A stretch of 63,062 nt of DNA from Flavobacteriales bacterium UBA6772 (GTDB taxonomy: Bacteria > Bacteroidota > Bacteroidia > Flavobacteriales > UBA7430): assembly GCA_905182215.1 (NCBI GenBank), contig CAJJAI010000002.1, forward strand, positions 1 through 63,062, read 5' to 3'. The position numbers and the translations under genes were made by a program. Shown piece by piece: positions 60,613-63,062 of the stretch; position 1 is the stretch's first letter, and every line of letters begins with the position of its first letter. The notes below the pieces were generated by a model. That model saw only the letters and a program-made list of their open reading frames with translations. It was not told the DNA's origin and did not search any database.

Positions 60613-61205
60613 AGGCTTACCTACATAAAACAAAAATTGAAGCTGGATGTGATGAAGCTGGTAGAGGCTGCCTTGCAGGACCAGTAGTAGCAGCAGCTGT
60701 AATTCTACCAAAAGACTTTACACATCCTTTATTAAATGACTCGAAACAAGTAAGCGAAAAAAAACGTGCTATTTTAAAATTAGTTATCGAAAAAGAAGCT
60801 ATAGCCTATGCTGTTGGTATAGTAGACCATAAAGAAATTGATGACATTAATATTTTAAATGCTTCTTTTTTGGCGATGCATAGAGCGCTTGATCAAATTA
60901 AAACCTCTTTTGATAGTATTTTAGTAGATGGAAACAGGTTTAAAAAATATAGGGATACAGAACACCACTGCATAATTAAAGGTGATGGTAAATATTTAAA
61001 TATTGCCGCAGCCTCAATATTAGCGAAGACTTACAGAGATGAAATTATGGAAAATCTAGACAAAGAATTCCCCGTTTACTCATGGAAAAAGAATAAAGGC
61101 TATCCAACTAAGGCACACAGAGCTGCCATTAGAGAATTTGGGGTAAACAAAAACCATCGACTGACCTTTAGATTACTACCAGAACAATTGAGTTTAGATA
61201 TTTAA
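60606..61205 (+). CDS. rnhB: Ribonuclease HII
   Basis: [40 protein letters not shown]. Confidence 0.97.
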   Translation: MLKAYLHKTKIEAGCDEAGRGCLAGPVVAAAVILPKDFTHPLLNDSKQVSEKKRAILKLVIEKEAIAYAVGIVDHKEIDDINILNASFLAMHRALDQIKTSFDSILVDGNRFKKYRDTEHHCIIKGDGKYLNIAAASILAKTYRDEIMENLDKEFPVYSWKKNKGYPTKAHRAAIREFGVNKNHRLTFRLLPEQLSLDI

Positions 61206-61863
61206 TTACCGAATTTGAATAGCTTTTTATTCAATCGTCTAACTGTTTTTCTGATACTCCTTTTTAGAAACCCTAAAGAATTAAAAGTCCTAGCATATCT
61301 TGGAAAAGGTCGTCTTAGTTGTACAAATTGATCACTCATCATCGTAAGAGCACCAAAATGTAAAACGGGACGAGCCCAATAACTCGTTCTAAGGTTATAA
61401 CCATCTTCGAAATCTGTAATACGAGAATCTACATAGGCTGCAGTATCTTGCATTACATGACCAAACTCAGCAATTAAGAATCTGTCGGTTGGGAGTAAAA
61501 TAGATGGATCAATATTTAGGTCAACATCTAAAAAAATAGATTCACTAAAGTCTTTAGCTCTCACTAAATTAGAATGTTCGCTAAAGAAAAAGTAAATTCA
61601 TCTTTAAAGGACTTGATAATTTCTTTATTCTCATTATCCTGTTGAAGTTGTGCATTATTTGCTTCTTCAGAATAACCATACTTTCTGAGTGCAGCAATTT
61701 TCTTTTGTGGATTGCTTAGACGCACCAGAAGAGCTCCATCCAACAACTCTACATATTGTCTATTTGCTCTCATTCTCATTTCAAAATTTGAAGGTGGAGT
61801 GTTTTGAGAAAAAGAAAAAAATGAACATGATAGCAATGCTAAAAGAATAATATATTTTTTCAT
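61202..61863 (-). pseudogene. Frameshifted secreted hypothetical protein (the two ORF-track ORFs 61202-61564 and 61564-61902 appear to be one gene)
   Basis: Frame A (MKKYIILL..., signal peptide) reads KDEFTFS then stops soon after; the -1 frame reads IYFFFSEHSNLVRAKDF from the same 13 nt and continues to 61202. Confidence 0.65.
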
Positions 61864-61960
61864 GAATGTATATTTAATTGGAATTCGAATATACGAAAAC
61901 ATATAAAATCTTGCTGAGATTAGGTGGGTATTTCTAACTTTGAAAAGTTAAAATAAAACC

Positions 61961-63062
61961 ATGCAAAGATCTCTTTTACTGCTTGTTATTCTACTTAGTC
62001 TCTTCTCGTGTACTCAAGAGTCCGAAAAACGTAGCGATTCAATTCATGCTATCCCATTAGATGCAGCTATAATTATAGAAAGCAACAATTTATCTAAGAG
62101 TTTAGATGAGCTCACAAAGAGTGCTTTTTGGACTACATTAAGTACCGAAACCTCGCTCAAAGAAACTCAAAACACGCTATTTTCTTTAGACTCTAATTTA
62201 GCAAATTACTCTTCTCATATATCGAGTATAAATCCTGTATTCCTCTCTATACATTTAACGGGAGCTGAATCTTTTAACTGGTTAATAATAAGCTCTACAG
62301 AAAATCAAGAGCAAAAAATACAGTTGTTAGAAATAGGCTTGGCTAGTTTTGCCAAAACGAAAAGTCAAACCTATAGCAATGCTATAATTACCGAAGTAAT
62401 AATGAATGGCTCAAGGATTTACTATTCAAAACTGAATGGTTTATTAATGCTAAGTCAAGAAAAGATTTTAGTAGAAGATGCAATACGACAACTTAAAACA
62501 CCAAACAATCTTACTGCTCAAGCCTCTTTTAGTGCAATTTACAATTCTGCAAATAAAAAAGAAGATTATAATTTATACCTAAACACAAAAAATTTAGATC
62601 GAATTAGTAAAAGTATATTCACACAAAGTACACAGCTTAAAAACCAAGCAGAGTGGATGCAATGGGATTTAGATCTTTCTAAAAACGGCATCCTTTTTAG
62701 TGGTATTAGTTTGAGTCATGACTCCTTAGCCCAAGAATTGAGTTTCTTTAAAGGAAATGATGCACACCCAGTGATAGCACCTTCAGTACTCCCAAAAAAC
62801 ACGGCTTTATTTGTTTCAAAATCATTCGAAAACTTTAAACAATTTCAGCGTAAGCAGATAAATGGATTAAGTTTTACGCATCAACAAAATACATACACAA
62901 AAAATTTAGTAGGGCTAAATGAGGATTTAAAAACAAATTTCGAATCTTGGATAGATAGCGAGATTACTTGGTTTTTAGCCGAAAATGGCACCGACTTAGG
63001 AGAAGGATTAATCATTCACATAACCAATGAATCTGAAATTAATGAGTTTATTACTCAAAAAG
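61961..63062 (+). CDS. Large lipoprotein, partial (runs off the window; possibly DUF3352-like)
   Basis: Frame open from ATG 61961 (MQRSLLLLVILLSLFSC lipobox, AIPLDAAIIIE); not in the ORF track, consistent with no in-window stop; -7 box TAACTTTG at 61935-61942. Confidence 0.8.
   Translation, partial: MQRSLLLLVILLSLFSCTQESEKRSDSIHAIPLDAAIIIESNNLSKSLDELTKSAFWTTLSTETSLKETQNTLFSLDSNLANYSSHISSINPVFLSIHLTGAESFNWLIISSTENQEQKIQLLEIGLASFAKTKSQTYSNAIITEVIMNGSRIYYSKLNGLLMLSQEKILVEDAIRQLKTPNNLTAQASFSAIYNSANKKEDYNLYLNTKNLDRISKSIFTQSTQLKNQAEWMQWDLDLSKNGILFSGISLSHDSLAQELSFFKGNDAHPVIAPSVLPKNTALFVSKSFENFKQFQRKQINGLSFTHQQNTYTKNLVGLNEDLKTNFESWIDSEITWFLAENGTDLGEGLIIHITNESEINEFITQK

Noticed and set aside
1-63062. 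CRISPR array, prophage, rRNA, riboswitch, toxin-antitoxin or defence island
   Set aside because: No regularly spaced direct repeats, phage or integrase genes, rRNA-like segments or recognisable aptamers seen by eye; an Rfam scan would be needed to exclude small ncRNAs.

Overview
This is a low-GC, densely packed chromosomal segment from a Bacteroidota bacterium, probably an aquatic Flavobacteriales. The assignment rests on TAnnTTTG -7 promoter boxes, fused lpxC-fabZ, porX, a Rho with a long N-terminal insert and SusD-less TonB receptors. Most of it is core housekeeping: tRNA-Asn, thrS-infC-rpmI-rplT, recA, bcp, an ECF sigma, uvrA, truA, rho, gdhA, dprA, kdsB, tatD, ansA, purE, aroB, proline dehydrogenase, ald, tsaE, porX, lpxD-lpxC/fabZ-lpxA, efp, a small Wzx/Wzz/ligase/GT4 cluster and rnhB. 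I see no CRISPR array, prophage, transposase or recognisable defence system. The best candidates for something uncharacterised are: (1) a six-gene envelope-spanning operon (Mpo1/DUF962, LolA-like carrier, two type VII ABC permeases, ATPase, OM beta-barrel); (2) a 1818-aa gingipain-family C25 protease carrying a Kazal inhibitor domain and a shortened T9SS-like tail; (3) infC starting at ATA behind a perfect AGGAGG, plus a structured RNA before rplT; (4) a gene split by apparent collapse of a 13-nt repeat that codes in two frames; (5) dispersed REP-like and heptamer repeats; (6) several probable leaderless genes. All functional calls come from motif recognition by eye, with no database searches.
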